Positions 1 to 14,364 of a stretch of DNA of 64,000 nucleotides are shown here, in pieces. Position numbers and translations under genes: made by a program. Positions within the stretch are counted from its first letter, which is position 1. Each line of letters opens with the position of its first letter. The stretch comes from the human T2T-CHM13v2.0 reference genome, Homo sapiens, in NCBI RefSeq assembly GCF_009914755.1, contig NC_060935.1; one strand, given 5' to 3'. A model generated the notes under the pieces. It did no database searches. It was not told the origin of the DNA and worked only from the letters and a program-made list of their open reading frames with translations.

Positions 1-369
1 GAAGCCCACTGCTGTGGCTGCTGAAGTAATAGATGCATTTTATCTTAATACTTGACTAGAAATTTCCTGTATCTTCATTTTGTATCTTATTATGAATCTT
101 CATCATTAAAATGTATGATAGCTTTATGGTAGGTCTTGAAATCAGGTAGCATATGTCTCATATTATTTTTCTTCATTAACAAAATTGATTTAGTCAAAGT
201 CTTTAATTATTTCATGTACATTTTGGAATTACTTCGTCAACTTTATGCAATCCAAAAAGACCTTCTTGGATTTTGATTAAGAAGGTATTGAGTCTATAGG
301 TCTATAAGGGAAAATTGCCAACTTAACAATATTGAGTTTTCTAATCCATTAACAGAATATACCTTTTCC

Positions 370-620
370 TTTATTTATTTATTATTTTTATTTATTTATA
401 TTTTTTTGAGATGGAGTCTCGCTCTGTCACCCAGGCTGTAGTGCAATGGTGTAATCTTGGCTTACTACAACCCCTACACCTCCTGGGTTCAAGTGATTCT
501 CTCACCTCAGCCTCCAGGTACCTGGGATTACAGGCACACGCCACCACACTAGGCTAATTTTTTGCATTCTTTTAGTAGAGATGGGGTTTCACCATGTTAA
601 CCAGGCTAGTCTTGAACTCC
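370..620 (-). mobile_element. Alu (AluS-like), 5'-truncated, with (TTTA)n tail
   Basis: T-rich tail, then GAGATGGAGTCTCGCTCTGTCACCCAGGCTG...TTTAGTAGAGATGGGGTTTCACCATGTT...CTTGAACTCC; stops before the Alu 5' end. Confidence 0.93.
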
Positions 621-963
621 GTAAATGCACAGCTTAGTGTTAGAAAACAAATTTAGAATACTTCCCTGCAGATTTCTGGACCTCTGTCTCTGCATAGCTA
701 TCCCCTTTATGGTTCTCTTCTCACTAATTATAGCTGTCTCACTGCCCTCAAATTCTGGTTTTTGTCTTCTGAATTTGGCAATATCAGAATGGATCCCTCT
801 CCCTGACCATGGTCTGGAAAGTTTCTTCATGCAGAAAACCAGAGCAATTATTATATTCACATTTGTTTTCATTTTTTCAGTGTTGAAAGTCCGGCACTGT
901 TTCCCAATGTCTGGAAGCAGTTGTGCTTAATTTTTTTCCGGTTTTATTTATGATATAAAAAAA

Positions 964-1114
964 TTTTTGAGACAAGCTCTAACTCTAACACCCAGGTTTG
1001 AGTGCAATGGTGCAATCATAGCTCACTGCAGCCTCAAAATACTGAGCTCAAGGGATTCTCCAACTTCAGCCTCCCAAAGTGCTGGGATTAAAGGTATGGG
1101 CCACTGTGACCAGC
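964..1114 (-). mobile_element. Old Alu monomer (FRAM/FLAM/AluJ-like)
   Basis: Single ~150-bp arm: GAGTGCAATGGTGCAATCATAGCTCACTGCAGCCTC...CCTCCCAAAGTGCTGGGATTA. Confidence 0.8.
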
Positions 1115-1203
1115 GCAGTTTTCTAACTGAACAGAGTGGAAGATTAAGTCTGGTTCTATCATAATTGGAAGAGCTGAGTTTCAACTTTAAAAAGATGATC
1201 ATA

Positions 1204-1494
1204 GGCTGGGCATGGTGGCTCACGCCTGTAATTCCAGCACTTTGGGAAGTCGAGGGGGGCGGATCACTTCAGGTCAGGAGTTCAAGACCAGCCTGACCAA
1301 CATGGTGAAACCTCGTCTCTACTAAAAAATACAAAACTTAGTTGAGCATGGTGGTGCGCGCCTGTAATCCCAGCTACTTGGGAGGCTTGGCAGGAGAATT
1401 GCTTGAACCCGGGAGGAGGAGGTTGTAGCGAGCCAAGATTATGCCACTGCATTCCAGCCTGGGCCACAGAGTGAGACTCCATCTCAAAAAAAAA
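1204..1494 (+). mobile_element. Alu (AluS-like), full-length dimer
   Basis: GGCTGGGCATGGTGGCTCACGCCTGTAAT...ACTAAAAAATACAAAA...GAGACTCCATCTC plus poly(A). Confidence 0.96.
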
Positions 1495-3705
1495 GCTCAT
1501 GAACACAGATGTTAGCATTTTTATTTCATTTGTTTATATTTAAAATCGATTTAAGCATGTCAACATATGTAACTTAATAAAATTAATACTTATAATTTAA
1601 AATATTCAAGCAGAAAATTGAAGTATTGTCCTTTTCATATGCTGATATTTTAGTCACCTTAATTGGGTTTCATAAGAAGCAACTATTAAAAGACACTAGC
1701 ATGTTGCAATTATTTTTTATTTAAATTAATTTGTGTTATTTTGCAATGTTTTATATAGTAATATCCAGACAGTTTTAATATACACTCAAAAGTTTTGTTT
1801 TCACACAACATAAATATAGGAAACACAATGAGACAAAGCTATACAAATTCCAGGGAAAATATTTAAATCTTTGAATTTATTAAAATATGTCTCTCAGTTT
1901 GAATTTTGAGTTTACTGTAGGAAAACACAGAAATGATGTGTAAAGTAACTTCCTTTTGATTGCCTGGTGGATAGAAAAACAAAAAACAACTAAATTTGAG
2001 ATATGGTTTGAACAGAGCTGATGATGCATTTGTTTTCCTGTTTGAATCTCCTCAAGATCAGCAATTTGTTTTTTTACTGACTAAGGTTTGTTCAGATTGC
2101 TACTGCTCATATGATTCCCAGGAACTTAAGTACTTTCGAGTAACTGTGTGAGGCTGATAACACTAGATTTAAAAAAAATTTGTCTTCAATAAGTACACTC
2201 TTTCCAGCAGAGGAAGCAGTTCAGAAAGTTCTTTGTGGTTTCCCCTCTGGATCTTTCTATCATCAATTTCAGCAAAAGGTGGTATTTTTCTTTTAATAAA
2301 AGGTCAAGACCACTTGTTTTAATCCTTCTCAGACTCCAGGTACAGCTTAACCAGATATAGCCTGTAACTTGCTCCCATCTCTTGAATGCATGCTTTCAGC
2401 TTGGCCAGGAGGGGCTGGACATCAAAAGGAGGAGAGTCACAGTCTGGATGGGGCTCAGGAACCTCACAGTGCTGTATAAGCCAGCTATCATCTAGGGGGG
2501 TTCTTTTCCCCTTAAGCCAGCAGCAAAATGCTTCAACCCTTGTCAATTACTTTCAGTAACTGATTCTTTTGTCTTGTTTTTTTTCTACTTAGTATTCTCT
2601 CCCATATTTAGAGAATACTGAAAGCATTCCCGTTTTACCTCTAACTCTGAAGCCACAGAAACTGTGCCCATAACAGGGTTGCTAAATGGCCTAAATGACA
2701 TATATGCAAATATATATACACAAACACACATGTGTATGGAATATATATGTTTGTATATTATTTGAAAATATATTTAAATAACTTGCATATTACATATAAA
2801 TTTATATATATTTCATATCCATATATGCATATACTTTTTCTCATACATTATAAAACTCTGGCAACATCTACATGTAACATATGAGTCTTTATTTGTTTTG
2901 CTGACAAAGATTATCTTTCCCAGAATCTGGATTAGAAAATTTAGTTATTTAGTATTTGGTTGTTATTATTTCAATATTTTGATTTAATTTATTTTGGAAC
3001 AGAAATTAGCCTGCAAATTCTGCAAATTTTTCTTAGAAATGTATCATATGCATAAATTTGTTTTAGCTGACCTAGAAAACGGAGGGCTTATATTTCCCTT
3101 TTTATTTTTCTATATAAAAGATATTTGATTTAAGAAGAAAATCAGTTCGAAGTCTTTGTAAATCTGATATATTCTCTTTTCCCAATTGTATTGCCCAAGT
3201 CAGAGTCTATTATTTTCCACAGGCAGATATTTGAAAGGACTTAACAAATACCACAGAAGGTACTCACATAAGGCTTTTATCTAAAGGCAGAGAGTACAAT
3301 GCAGCAAGAGAGAGAGGGCAAGCACTGGAGACATTCCAAGCAGTACAAGACATTCCAGATAGTACAAGCTCCCCATAGACCTAACCAGACACATGAACCA
3401 TGCCAGTTTCTGACTTGAACTGCCCAGATCTATGCAAGAAACTCTCTATATCCCATTAAGTAGTAGTCAAGCTTGTCAAACTCATTAGGCTAGTTGCAAG
3501 TCATTAGCAAAGAAACTGACCTTGGGGCTTGCCAAGAGAGTTTAAAATTATTCTAAACTGCATATTATAAATTCTAATGGTCTTATCTTGACCAAGAGCC
3601 AAAATTCATACATTCAGGCATCCCCAGGATTAAGACAGAGCTCTTAAGTACCTCTGTAAATTAACTCTATCTCACAATATCTTCATTCAACAAATATTTA
3701 TTGAG

Positions 3706-5012
3706 CATCTACTACATTCCAGGTACTACTGGGAATATAGAGTGAACTAACTGAACTGTCTATGACCTCATGGAGCTGACATTCTAGTTTCGTTCTACAG
3801 TTATCCTTTAGGAGGCAGTTTTAGCACATTCAATGCGAGTTCTCAGTTAAAAGTGAAAATGAAAACTTGGCATAGTTTCTAAACTTTAATTTTTTTATCA
3901 TTAGCCTCTTCTCATCATACTGAAACCTCACTGACTTGCAAACTTGAGAGGAAATATACATATTTAATTTAATCTCTGAGTTTTTTGGTTGTGTGTTACT
4001 TAGCAAAATAACACAAAACTGAAGAGAAGTCAAACTTACAAAAAATGCATGCCATATGATTTCATTAATTAAAAGATCATGCCAGTGAAACTAATCACAG
4101 GTATTAGAGGTCGAGATGGTGATTACTTTTGGGGTATAGTGGCTGGAAGGGAGCAAAGGGGCTATATACCTTCTTAGTACTTGCTATTTTCCAATTTTTA
4201 ATTAGGAAATAGGAACACACATGTCTTTACTTTTTGATAATTCATTGAGCTGTACATTTATGATTTATGTCCTTTATGTACTCTTCCAACTAAAACATTG
4301 GCAGTAAATCCCTGTCTCAGATCCTGTTTTCTAGTGAACCCAGACAGAGGGTGCTTGAGCTGACATCTACTATATTCCAGGCACTACTGGAAGTATAGAG
4401 TGAACTAATTGGGCTATCTGTGACCTCATGGAGCTGACATTCTAGTTTCATTCTAGAGTTGCCATTTAGGAGGCAGTTTTAGCACATTCAGTGTGAGTTT
4501 TGAGTTAATAGTGAAAATGAAAAGTTGGCATAGTCCCTAAACTTTATTTTTTTTCCTTATTGTTAGCCTCTTTTCACCATAATGAAACCTCACTGACCTA
4601 CAAACTTAAGAGGAATAATACAGATTTAATTTAATCCCTGAGTTTTTTGGTTGTGTGTTGCCCAGCAATGTAATACAATAATACTGAAGAGAAGTCAGAC
4701 ACACACGAAAATACATGCCATATGATTCCATTAATTAAAACGCCAAAACCAACAAAACTAATCATGGGCATTACAAACAGAGACAGTAATTACTCTTGGG
4801 GGTGTATTGGCTGGAAAGGAGCAAAAAGGCTCTGTACCTTCTTCATACAAGCTATTTTCTAATTTTTAATTGGGAGGTAAGAACACATGTGTCTCTATTT
4901 TTTGATAATTTATCGAGCTGGACATTTATGATTTATGTACTTTATGTGTTCTCCCAACAAAAACACTGGCACTAAATCCCTGTCTCAGGCTCTGTTTTCT
5001 AGTGAACCCAGG
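3706..5012. repeat. Diverged tandem duplication, two copies of ~650 bp (3706-4343 and 4364-5012)
   Basis: Both copies run colinearly from CATCTACTA(C/T)ATTCCAGG through GACCTCATGGAGCTGACATTCTAGTTTC to TAAATCCCTGTCTCAG...TGTTTTCTAGTGAACCCAG. Confidence 0.95.
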
Positions 5013-5193
5013 CTAACACAATGAAAATTAATTTAGAAAAAGGTTTTCCACATTCTTATGTAAATAGATTATACATGAAGACATTTATTTATGTGTAGTA
5101 TATATAGAGATTTATCTGTGCATTAATCATTTTTGCCATGCTATCTATGCAGGGGAAAATAAAACATTATGCCAGCATTCAAGTTTTCATTTC

Positions 5194-5298
5194 AAGAGAA
5201 AGAAAGAAAGAAAGAAGAAAAGAAAGAAAGGAGAAAGAAAGAAAGAGAAAGAAAGAGAAGAGAAGAGAAGGAAAGAAAGAAGGAAGGAAAGAGAGAAA
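5194..5298. repeat. Pure purine (GAAA/GGAA)n low-complexity tract
   Basis: ~105 nt containing only A and G. Confidence 0.95.
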
Positions 5299-8057
5299 CT
5301 TCCATTGCAGAGCTTTACATGATAGATTTCAAAATTCAACATTACACAGTTTTTTCTTTACTTTGTAGTTCCAAGGAAACAGGACTCTGTATGAGGCTTG
5401 CTGTTAAGCCCTTTATAGACAGGTCTGCTTTTCTTGGAGCCAATAAAACACTACAAATTTAATGTTACCCAAACTCCACCCTTCTCCCAAATCATGAAAT
5501 AACTTCATCTCTTCTTTTGGTTGATTAGATGCCTCTTGGTTCTCCTAGGGTGCATTATCACTTATGAAAACAAGTCAATAAATCTATTGTGTTCGACTAC
5601 ATGTTTGTCTCTAGTGGTGTTTATTAGATGGACATTATCATATGTAGATAATATTTTGTTTTGCTAAACATACATACACACACAAACACACACACACACA
5701 GCCCACACGCATATATTCCTGACATTTTGAAAGTAAGTGCAGCGACATCAGCAAGATGACCAAAAGAAGTTCTTAGTGCTCATCCCTACCACTATTAACC
5801 AAAACAATGAAAAAACGACTACATTTTGAAAAAAAAAAACAAAGAAAAGCCCAGGAGTAAAGCAAAACAATAGCAAAAATCCTATAGAGCACAGAAATCC
5901 AGATGGCTACATTTTGTGTCCTGGAAACACAACATTTTAGCCAAGCCAAATAGCCACAGAGGGTACTTGAGCTGAAACAGTGGCTTCTATGGGAAATAAA
6001 ATCATGGTTGAGTCAAGCAGTCCCACCTCTCAGGGCCTGAGCTAATGCAGTGTCCCACTTCTGGGTTACTACTGTCTTGACCTAGCCAAACGGTCATGCC
6101 TCCTGACACCTGAGTTAATGCAACGCCCTCCTTTCAGAAGAAATAGAATATTAGTCATTTCAAGCAGCCATGCCTGCAAGGCCTAAGCTGACGTGGTGCC
6201 TCACCTCCTAGGAAACCAAAACCTTCACTGAGCTATGCCACCCCACACAAACGGCCAAATATCTACAGTTCTCTGCCTCCCTGGAACTCGTCACTTGGAA
6301 TTTGAGCTGCTGAGGTATGCTGCCTCCTAGGGAATGCAGCCATTGCTGCACTACTCTCTGCCTACCAGGACCCAAGCCACAGTTGCATCTCACCATTCTT
6401 GTATCTTTGCTGCCACTGCACTTCCCTTCACTGAGCCTGGGCTACTGCCATGTTCCATAAACCCAGAGTACAGAGTCATAATTAAATGGTGCCTCATCCC
6501 ATGAGGTCTGAGTTGGTATTGCACATTGTTGACTCCAGGACCTGAATTGCAGATACATCCTCCTGTTATCCAGGGCCTGAGCCTCTGGACCACCCATCAT
6601 CCTCCAGAAGTATGGTGATACTTCATTCTACCCCCGAAAGTCACAGTCATAGCTCCATCCCTGGCTCTTGCGCCTGAGCTGCTGCGGTACTCCAGAGTCA
6701 CAGACCTCAGCTTTGTGGGTAATCTACATTCACCATGACCTGGAGAGTGAACCAGTGCCCCAAGACTTAGGTGGAAGTACATTCATAGACTATGGGTCCA
6801 GGACCCTGGCTCCAAAGCCACTCTAAGAGGCTGTACCTCATATCCCAAAGCTGTGTGGCCACCTGTGGGCTGTGTTAGACCCAATACTGAAAGAGATCCC
6901 CTCAGCTAAGATTCTCTAGTGTGAGGAAAATGAGTAAAAGAGGACACCAAAAGCCTTGTCACTGAGGACCCAAATAACCAATGCTGTCACCATAGCTGCC
7001 ACCAACTCCTGAAGCTTAGGCCACTTTGACACCTGCAGTCATCACTGACATGGATCACAGATGAAGAAGCTGCATGATGCCTGCACCCCTATGCACAACT
7101 GGAACCAGAGCCACCACATCCTGCCCAACTGGCAGCCTGGGATGCATTTGCAAGTGAGTCTATCCCTATAAAATCGAACCTGTAAAGTTTGAAAGAGGTG
7201 ATTGCTCCATCAGATGTATCGACATGACCACCGGCATCCAAGAAATGTGAAAAGGCAAGAAAATATAAAACCACCAAAGAAATACAATAATTCTCAAGCA
7301 ACTGGCCTCAATGAAATGGAAATATACAAATTGCCTGGAAAGAAATTCAAATTAACAATCTAAGAAAACTCAGTAAGATACAAGAGAATATATATAGGCA
7401 ATTCAACAAAATCAGAAAAAAATATTATATGAATGAGATTCAGAAATAGAAATCATTGAAAATAATTAAACAGAAATCATGAAGCTGAAGAATTCAATGA
7501 GTAAAATAAAAAATACAATAGAACTTGAAAGGAGATTAGATCAAACAGAAAAAAGAATCCAGTAACTTAAAAGGAGGTCATTTAAAATTACCCAGGCAAA
7601 GGGGAAAAAAGGAAAAAGCAGTGAAAAAAAGTGAAGAAAACCTACAGGACCGATGAGACACTATTAATCAAATAAATTTTTGCATTATGAAAGTTCCAAA
7701 AGGAGATAAAACAGAGAAAGGACCAAAAAGCGTACTTAATGAAATAACTGCTGAAAACTTTATAGCTCTTGGAAGAGATATAGACATCCAGATCCATGAA
7801 GCTCAAAGATGACCAATAAGGTTTAAATCTTATAGGTTCTCACATTATAATCAAATTGTCAAAAGTCAATATCAAAGAGAATTTTCAAAGTAGCAAGAAA
7901 AAAGTGAGATTTTTAAATACAAGGGGATTTCTATTATGCTATCAGAGGATTTTTTAATAGAAAGTTGCAGGGTGGGGGAGAATGGGATGCTATATAAAAA
8001 GAAATTGAAGAAAAACCAAGACTTGCCAGCAAAGAGTATTTTACCCAACATGGCAAT

Positions 8058-9943
8058 CTTTTTTTTTTTTTTTTTGGTCCCAGGGTACATGTGCAGGTTT
8101 GTCACATAGGTAAATGTGTGACATGGTGGTTTGCTGCACCTATCAACCCATCAACTAAGTATTAAGCCCCACATGCATTAGCTATTTTTCCTGATGTTCT
8201 CCCTTCCCCCACCCCCCTATGCCCACCAGCAGACCCCAGTGTGTGTTGTTCCCCTCCCTGGGTCCGTATTTTCTCATTGTTCAGTTCCTACTTATGAGTG
8301 AGAACATGCTGCAATGTTTGGTTTTCTGTTCCTTCATTAGTTTGCTAAGGATAATGGCTTCCAGCTCTATTCATATCCTGCAAAGGACATGATCTCATTC
8401 CTTTTTATGGCTACATTGTATTCTATGGTGTATATGTACTACATTGCCTTTATCCAGTCTATCATTGATGGGTATTTGGGTTGATTACATGTCTTTGTTA
8501 TTGTGAATAGTGCTGCAATGAACATAAGCTTGTATGTGTCTTTAAAATAGAATGATTTACATTCCTTTGGATGTTTACCCAGTAATAGGATTACTGGATC
8601 AAATGGCATTTCTTGTTCTAGGTCTTTGAGAAATCACCACACTGTCTTTCAAAATGATTGAACTAATTTACATTTCTACCAACAGTGTAAAAGCATTCCT
8701 ATCTCTCTGCAGCATTGCCAGCATCTGTTGTTTCTTGACTTTTTAATAATCACCATTCTGACTGGTGTGAGATGGTATCTCACTGTGGCTTTGATTTGCA
8801 TTTCTCTAATGATCAGTGAAGTTTAGCTTTTTTTCATACATTTGTTGCCTGCATAGATGTCTTCTTTTGAGAAGTGTCTGTTTGTGCCCTTTGTCCACTT
8901 TTTAATGGGGTTGTTTGGTTTTTTTTCTTGTAAATTTGTGTAAGTTCCTTATAGACACTGGATATTAGATCTTAGTCAGATAGATAGTTGGAAAAATTAT
9001 CTCCCATTCTGTAGGTTGTCTGTTCACTCTGATGATAGTTTCTTCTGCTGTGCAGAAAATCTTTAGTTTAATTAGATCCCATTTGTCAGTTTTTGCTTTT
9101 GTTGCAATTGCTTTTGACATTTTTGTCATGATATCTTTGCCCATGCCTATGTCCTGAATGGTATTGCCTAGATTTTCTTCGAGGGTTTTTGTAGTTTTCA
9201 GTTTTATATTTAAGTCTTTAATTCTTCTTGAGTTAATATTTGTATAAGGTATAAGAAATGGGTCATCCAAAAGCTTCTTAAGCTGATAAGCAACTTCAGC
9301 AAAGTCTCAGGATGCAAAATCAATGGCAAAAATCAACAGCATCCCTATACAACAACAATAGACAGGCAGACAGCCAAATCATGAATGAACTCCCATTTAC
9401 AATTGCTACAAAAGGAATAAAGTACCTAGGAATACAGCTAACAAGGGAAGTAAAGGACCTCTTCAAGGAGAACTACAAGCCACTGCTCAAGAAAATCTGT
9501 GAGAAGCCAAACAAACGGAAAAACATTCCATGCTCATGGATAGGAAGAATCAATATCATGAAAATTACCATACTACCCAAAGTAATTTATAGAGTCAGTG
9601 CTATTTCCATCAAATTACCATTGACATTCTTCACATATTTAGAAAAAACTATTTTAAAATTCATATGGAATAAAAAAGAGCCTGTATGGCCAAGACAATC
9701 CTAAGCAAAAAGAACACAGCTGGAGGCATCATGCTACCTGACTTCAAACTATACTACAAGGCTTCAGTAACCAAAAACGCATGATACTGATATGAAAACA
9801 GGAACACAGATGAATGGAACAGAATGGAGAACTCAGAAATAAGCCCTCACACCTACAACCATCTGATCTTTGACAAACTTGACAAAAACAAGCAATGGGG
9901 AAATGATTCCCTGTTTAATAAATAAATGCTGGGAGAACTAGCT
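8058..9943 (-). mobile_element. L1PA-type insertion with 5' inversion (twin priming)
   Basis: poly(T) at 8058, antisense 3'UTR/ORF2 to ~9265, then an oppositely oriented ORF2 segment 9266-9943 (ORF 9312..9704, [21 protein letters not shown]) ending just 5' of where the other segment starts. Confidence 0.9.
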
Positions 9944-10206
9944 GTGAAAGCCTCACAATCATCATGGAAGGTGAAAATCATGTCTTACATGGTATCAGGC
10001 AAGAAAGAATGAGAGCCCAGTGAAAGGGGAAACCCCTTATAAAACCATCAGATCTTGTGAGACTTATTTACTACCATGAGAATAATATAAGAGAAACTGC
10101 CCCAATGATTCAATTATCTCTCACCAGGTCCCTTCCACAACACGTGGGAATTATGGGAGCTACAATTCAAGATGAGACTTGGGTGAGAACACACCAAAAC
10201 TATATC
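9944..10206 (-). mobile_element. Partial THE1/MST MaLR LTR
   Basis: AAAACCATCAGATCTTGTGAGACTTATT...CACGTGGGAATTATGGGAGCTACAATTCAAGATGAGA; one end missing. Confidence 0.85.
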
Positions 10207-10306
10207 GTAGCTTAAAATAAAGTATTCCAGCTTTAAGATGTTTTATGTAAGATTATGGTAACTACAAAACACAAAGCTATTGAAGATACACAAATGATAC
10301 AGAGAA

Positions 10307-10838
10307 AACCATTGTGAAAGACAACGTGATGATTCCTCAAGGATCTAGGACCAGAAATACCATTTGACCCAGCAATCCATTACTGGGTATATACCCAAAC
10401 GATTATAAATTATTCTACTATAAAGACACATGCACACATATGTTTATTGCAGCACTATTCACAATAGCAAAGACTTGGAACCAACCCAAATGACCATCAA
10501 TGATAGACTGGATAAAAAAAATGTGACACATACACACCATGGAATACTATGCAGCCATAAAAAAGGATTAGTTCATATCCTATGCAGGGACAATAAAGCT
10601 GGAAACCATCATTCTCAGCAAACTAACACAGGAACAGAAAACAAACACTGCATGTTCAGAACATCACACACCAGGGCCTGTTTGGGGGTGGGGGGCTGGG
10701 GAAGGATAGCATTATGAGAAATACCTAATGTAGATGACGAGTTGAAGGGTGCAGCAAACCACCATGGCATGTGTATACCTATGTAACAAACCTGCACGTT
10801 CTGCACATGTATCCCAGAACTTAAAGTATAATAAAAAA
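10307..10838 (+). mobile_element. L1PA 3' fragment (5'-truncated)
   Basis: GATTCCTCAAGGATCTAG...AACAAACCTGCACGTTCTGCACATGTATCCCAGAACTTAAAGTATAATAAAAAA. Confidence 0.92.
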
Positions 10839-13289
10839 CAGAAAGAAATAAGAAAGAATCAAACCTTAGTACTAAAGAAAATAACCAAATAACAAAGGCA
10901 GACAAGAGAGGAAGAAAAGAAAATTGGATTTGCAAAAGAACCAGAAAACAATTAGCAATATGACAATCACAAGTCTTTGTTTATCACTAATATCCTTGAA
11001 TTTAAGTAAATTAAATTTTTCAATTGAAAGTCAGCGTGGCTGAATCAATAAGAAACAAGATCCAAGTATGTGTTTCTGGCAAGAGACCTACTTTAGCTTT
11101 AAAGACACACAAGGCTAAAAGTGGAGGAATGGAAAAAGATATTTTATGCAAATAGAAACCAAAGGAGGTCAGAGGTGGTTATGCTTTTATCAGATAAAAT
11201 AGACTTTATGTCAAAAATTGTCACAAGACAAAGAATGTTATTATTTAGTGATGAAGAGTTCAATTAATCAGGAGGACATAACAATTATAAATATATATGC
11301 ACCAAACTTTGGAGCAACTAAATATATAAAGCACATATTAATGGACATGAAGGGAGAAACAGATAGCAATACAATAATATAGGCATCTTCAATACCTTAA
11401 AAATAGATTAACCAGACAGAAAATTAATCAGGAAATTCTGAACTTGAATTGTCCACCAAATGGACCTAATGGACATATATAGAACATTCCATCCTAAAGC
11501 AACAGAATATTCATTCTTTTCTGGTGCATATGAAACATTCACTAAGATAGATTATATGTTAGGCCACAAAATAAGTGTTAATCATTAAAAAGATTGAAAT
11601 TCTATCAAGTATAATTTCTGACTATACCGATACTTAACTAGAAATCAATAACTGGAGGAATATTCCTCCTCCACAAATTCACAAATATGTAGAAATTAAA
11701 CAACATGCTCCTGAACAACCAAAGAAGAAATTAAAAGAGAAATTTAAAAATATCTTGAGATTAATGGCAATGAAAACACAATAAAACCTATGGAATGCAA
11801 AAAAAAAAGAAAGTTCTAAGAGGAAATTTTATAGCAATAAATGCCAGTATTTAAAAAAGAAAGATTCAAAATAAATAGTCTAACATTACACCTCAGGAAA
11901 ACAGATTTAAAAAGGTCAAAATGAACACAATGTTAGCAGGAAAAAAAAGAGAAAACAAAGATGAGAAATAAAGCGATGATTAAAAAATACAAAGAAAAAA
12001 TTAGTAAACTAGGATTTGATTTTTAAAAAATAAACACAACTGACAAATCTTTAGCAGAACTAATAAAAAAAGAGAGAACACTCAAATAAATAAAATCGGA
12101 AATGAAGGTAGAGACATTACAACAGATGCCTCAGAAATAAAAAGGATAATAAGGGACTATAATGAATAATTAAAGGCCAATAATGAGATAACCTAGCGGA
12201 AATTGATAAATCTTTGGAACATACGATCTACCAAGATAGAATGAGGAAGAAATAGAAAGACTGTGCAGACTGATAACAAATAAAAAGATGGAAGTAGTAA
12301 TTTAAAATTTCTCAACAAAGAAAATCTCAGGACCAGATGGCTTTATTGCTAAATTCTAAATAAATAAATAAATAAATAAATAAAGAGTTAATACCTCTTA
12401 AACTATTCCAAACTAGACAAAGACACCATAAAAAATGAAAGTTGAGACCAGTATATCTGAAGAATATTGATGCAGAAATCCTCAAAATATTAGAAAACTA
12501 AATTCAACAACACATCAAAAATGTTACATATCATGACCAAGTAGGATTTATCCCTGGCATGCAGAGCTGGTTTAATGTATGCAAATCAATCAGTGTGATA
12601 CATCACATTAACAGAATGAAAGACAAAACCACATGATCATTACAACAGATACTGAAAAAGCATTTGACAAAGTTCAACATCCTTTCTTGTTAAAAATACT
12701 CAACAGTTTATGTATAAAAAGAAAGTTCCTCAATATAGTAAAGACTATTTATAAAAACCCACAGCTATCATTATAATTAATATAGAAAAACTGAAATATT
12801 TTTCTCTAATATTTAGTTCAGGGCAAGCATAACCACTTTCACCATTTCTATTCAATATTGTATTAGAAATTCTAGTCAATGTAATCAGAAAAGAGAAAAA
12901 TTAAAAGCTATCCAAATCAGAAAAGAAGTAAAATTATTTCTATTTGCCTATGGCATGATCCTATATGTAGAAAACCTCAAAAACCACCCTCCACCCACTA
13001 GCACTGTTAGAAATAATAAATTAATTGACTAAAGTTGCAGGATACAAAATCAACAAACAAAAATTAGCTAAATGTTTGCACACAATTAAAAACTTAGCTG
13101 AAAAGAAATAAAGAAAACAATCCTATTTATATTAGCATCAAAAATATATAGGAATAATTTTAACCAAGGAATTGAAAGATCTGTATAGTAAAAACTATAA
13201 AACATTGATGAAAGAAATTGAAGACACAAATAAATGGACAGATATCCTGTGTACACACATTAGAAGAAATATTGTTAAAATGTCTATGC

Positions 13290-14091
13290 TGAAGTTTCCC
13301 TGACACCTACACAGGTGGGAACTGCACTGCATGAGTGCCAGCAGAGGCAAATTTAACTCACTTGCTGCTCCACCCTTTGCTGGAGGGGGAGCACAGGTGA
13401 GCAGGTGCAGGACTCAGGGCAAGCACTTTTGGGTGCTGGCAAGAGCAAACTCCATACCAGTCCCATGGCAGCATCTAGGGAGAGGGTGACCGTGATCTCT
13501 GAAGACCCAGAAGAAGTGTTACACTGCCCATTTTAGCTTTGCCATCCAAGGATAGCTTAAGTGTTAATAGCTCAGTGGAGGGTCAGTGTGACAGCGTTTT
13601 GCACCTACACTCATGGCACCCAAGTTCTTGTTCAGCATCCAGGAGGAATGAGGTTGCATGAACGAACTGAAGACGGTAAATGCAAGAGATTTTAGTGCTG
13701 GTGAAAGTGGCTTTCAGTGGGAAGGGGATACGTAAAGGGGATGGATGGAGCGGGAAGGTAATCTTCCCCTGGAGTCTGGCCGAGGACTAGATGCTACACC
13801 ATCAAGCTCTCCCTCTCATGTCAAGCTGCTTCTGTCTGCCATACAACCATAGTCTTCAACATCCAGCTGCATCTCCTCTCTCTGCTGGCTGAGCCTGGGG
13901 TGTTTATGAGCATAGGATGGAGGGTGGGGCAGGATATGGGTGGTTTTGGAAAAGGCGACATTCAAGCAGGAAAACAGGGATGTATGTTCTCACTTTGGGC
14001 TGAGTTATCAGGCTTTTTGGCTTGACGGTGGGGCCCTTGCTGGGGACCTGCCTTCTTCTGCACAGAATTTCCCTGCCTCCTATACTTATCA
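13290..14091 (-). mobile_element. Solo ERV1 LTR (LTR1/LTR27/LTR28-like)
   Basis: TG...CA termini, 4-bp TSD ATGC (13286-13289 / 14092-14095), interrupts host L1 ORF2; minus-strand start TGATAAGTATAGGAGGCAGGGAAATTC. Confidence 0.85.
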
Positions 14092-14364
14092 ATGCTAATA
14101 AAAGCAGTATAAGGATTCAACACAATCCATCTTCACAGAAATATAAAATGAAATGCTAAAATCCACGTGTAATCACAGAAGACCCTGAATAGCCAAAGTA
14201 ATTCTGAGAAACAAGAACAAAGTTGGAAGCATTATGCTTCTTTATTTAAAAGTATATTATAAAGTTATAGTAATCAAAACAGTATAATACTGGCATAAAA
14301 GCAGACATATAAACCAGTGGGACAAAAATATACAACCCAGAAATAAACCCAAATATATATGGTT

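Noticed and set aside
625-930. 101-aa hydrophobic ORF
   Set aside because: Lies between Alus in T-rich degenerate repeat-like sequence; no family resemblance.
5138-5462. K/E/R-rich ORFs
   Set aside because: Translations of the purine microsatellite.
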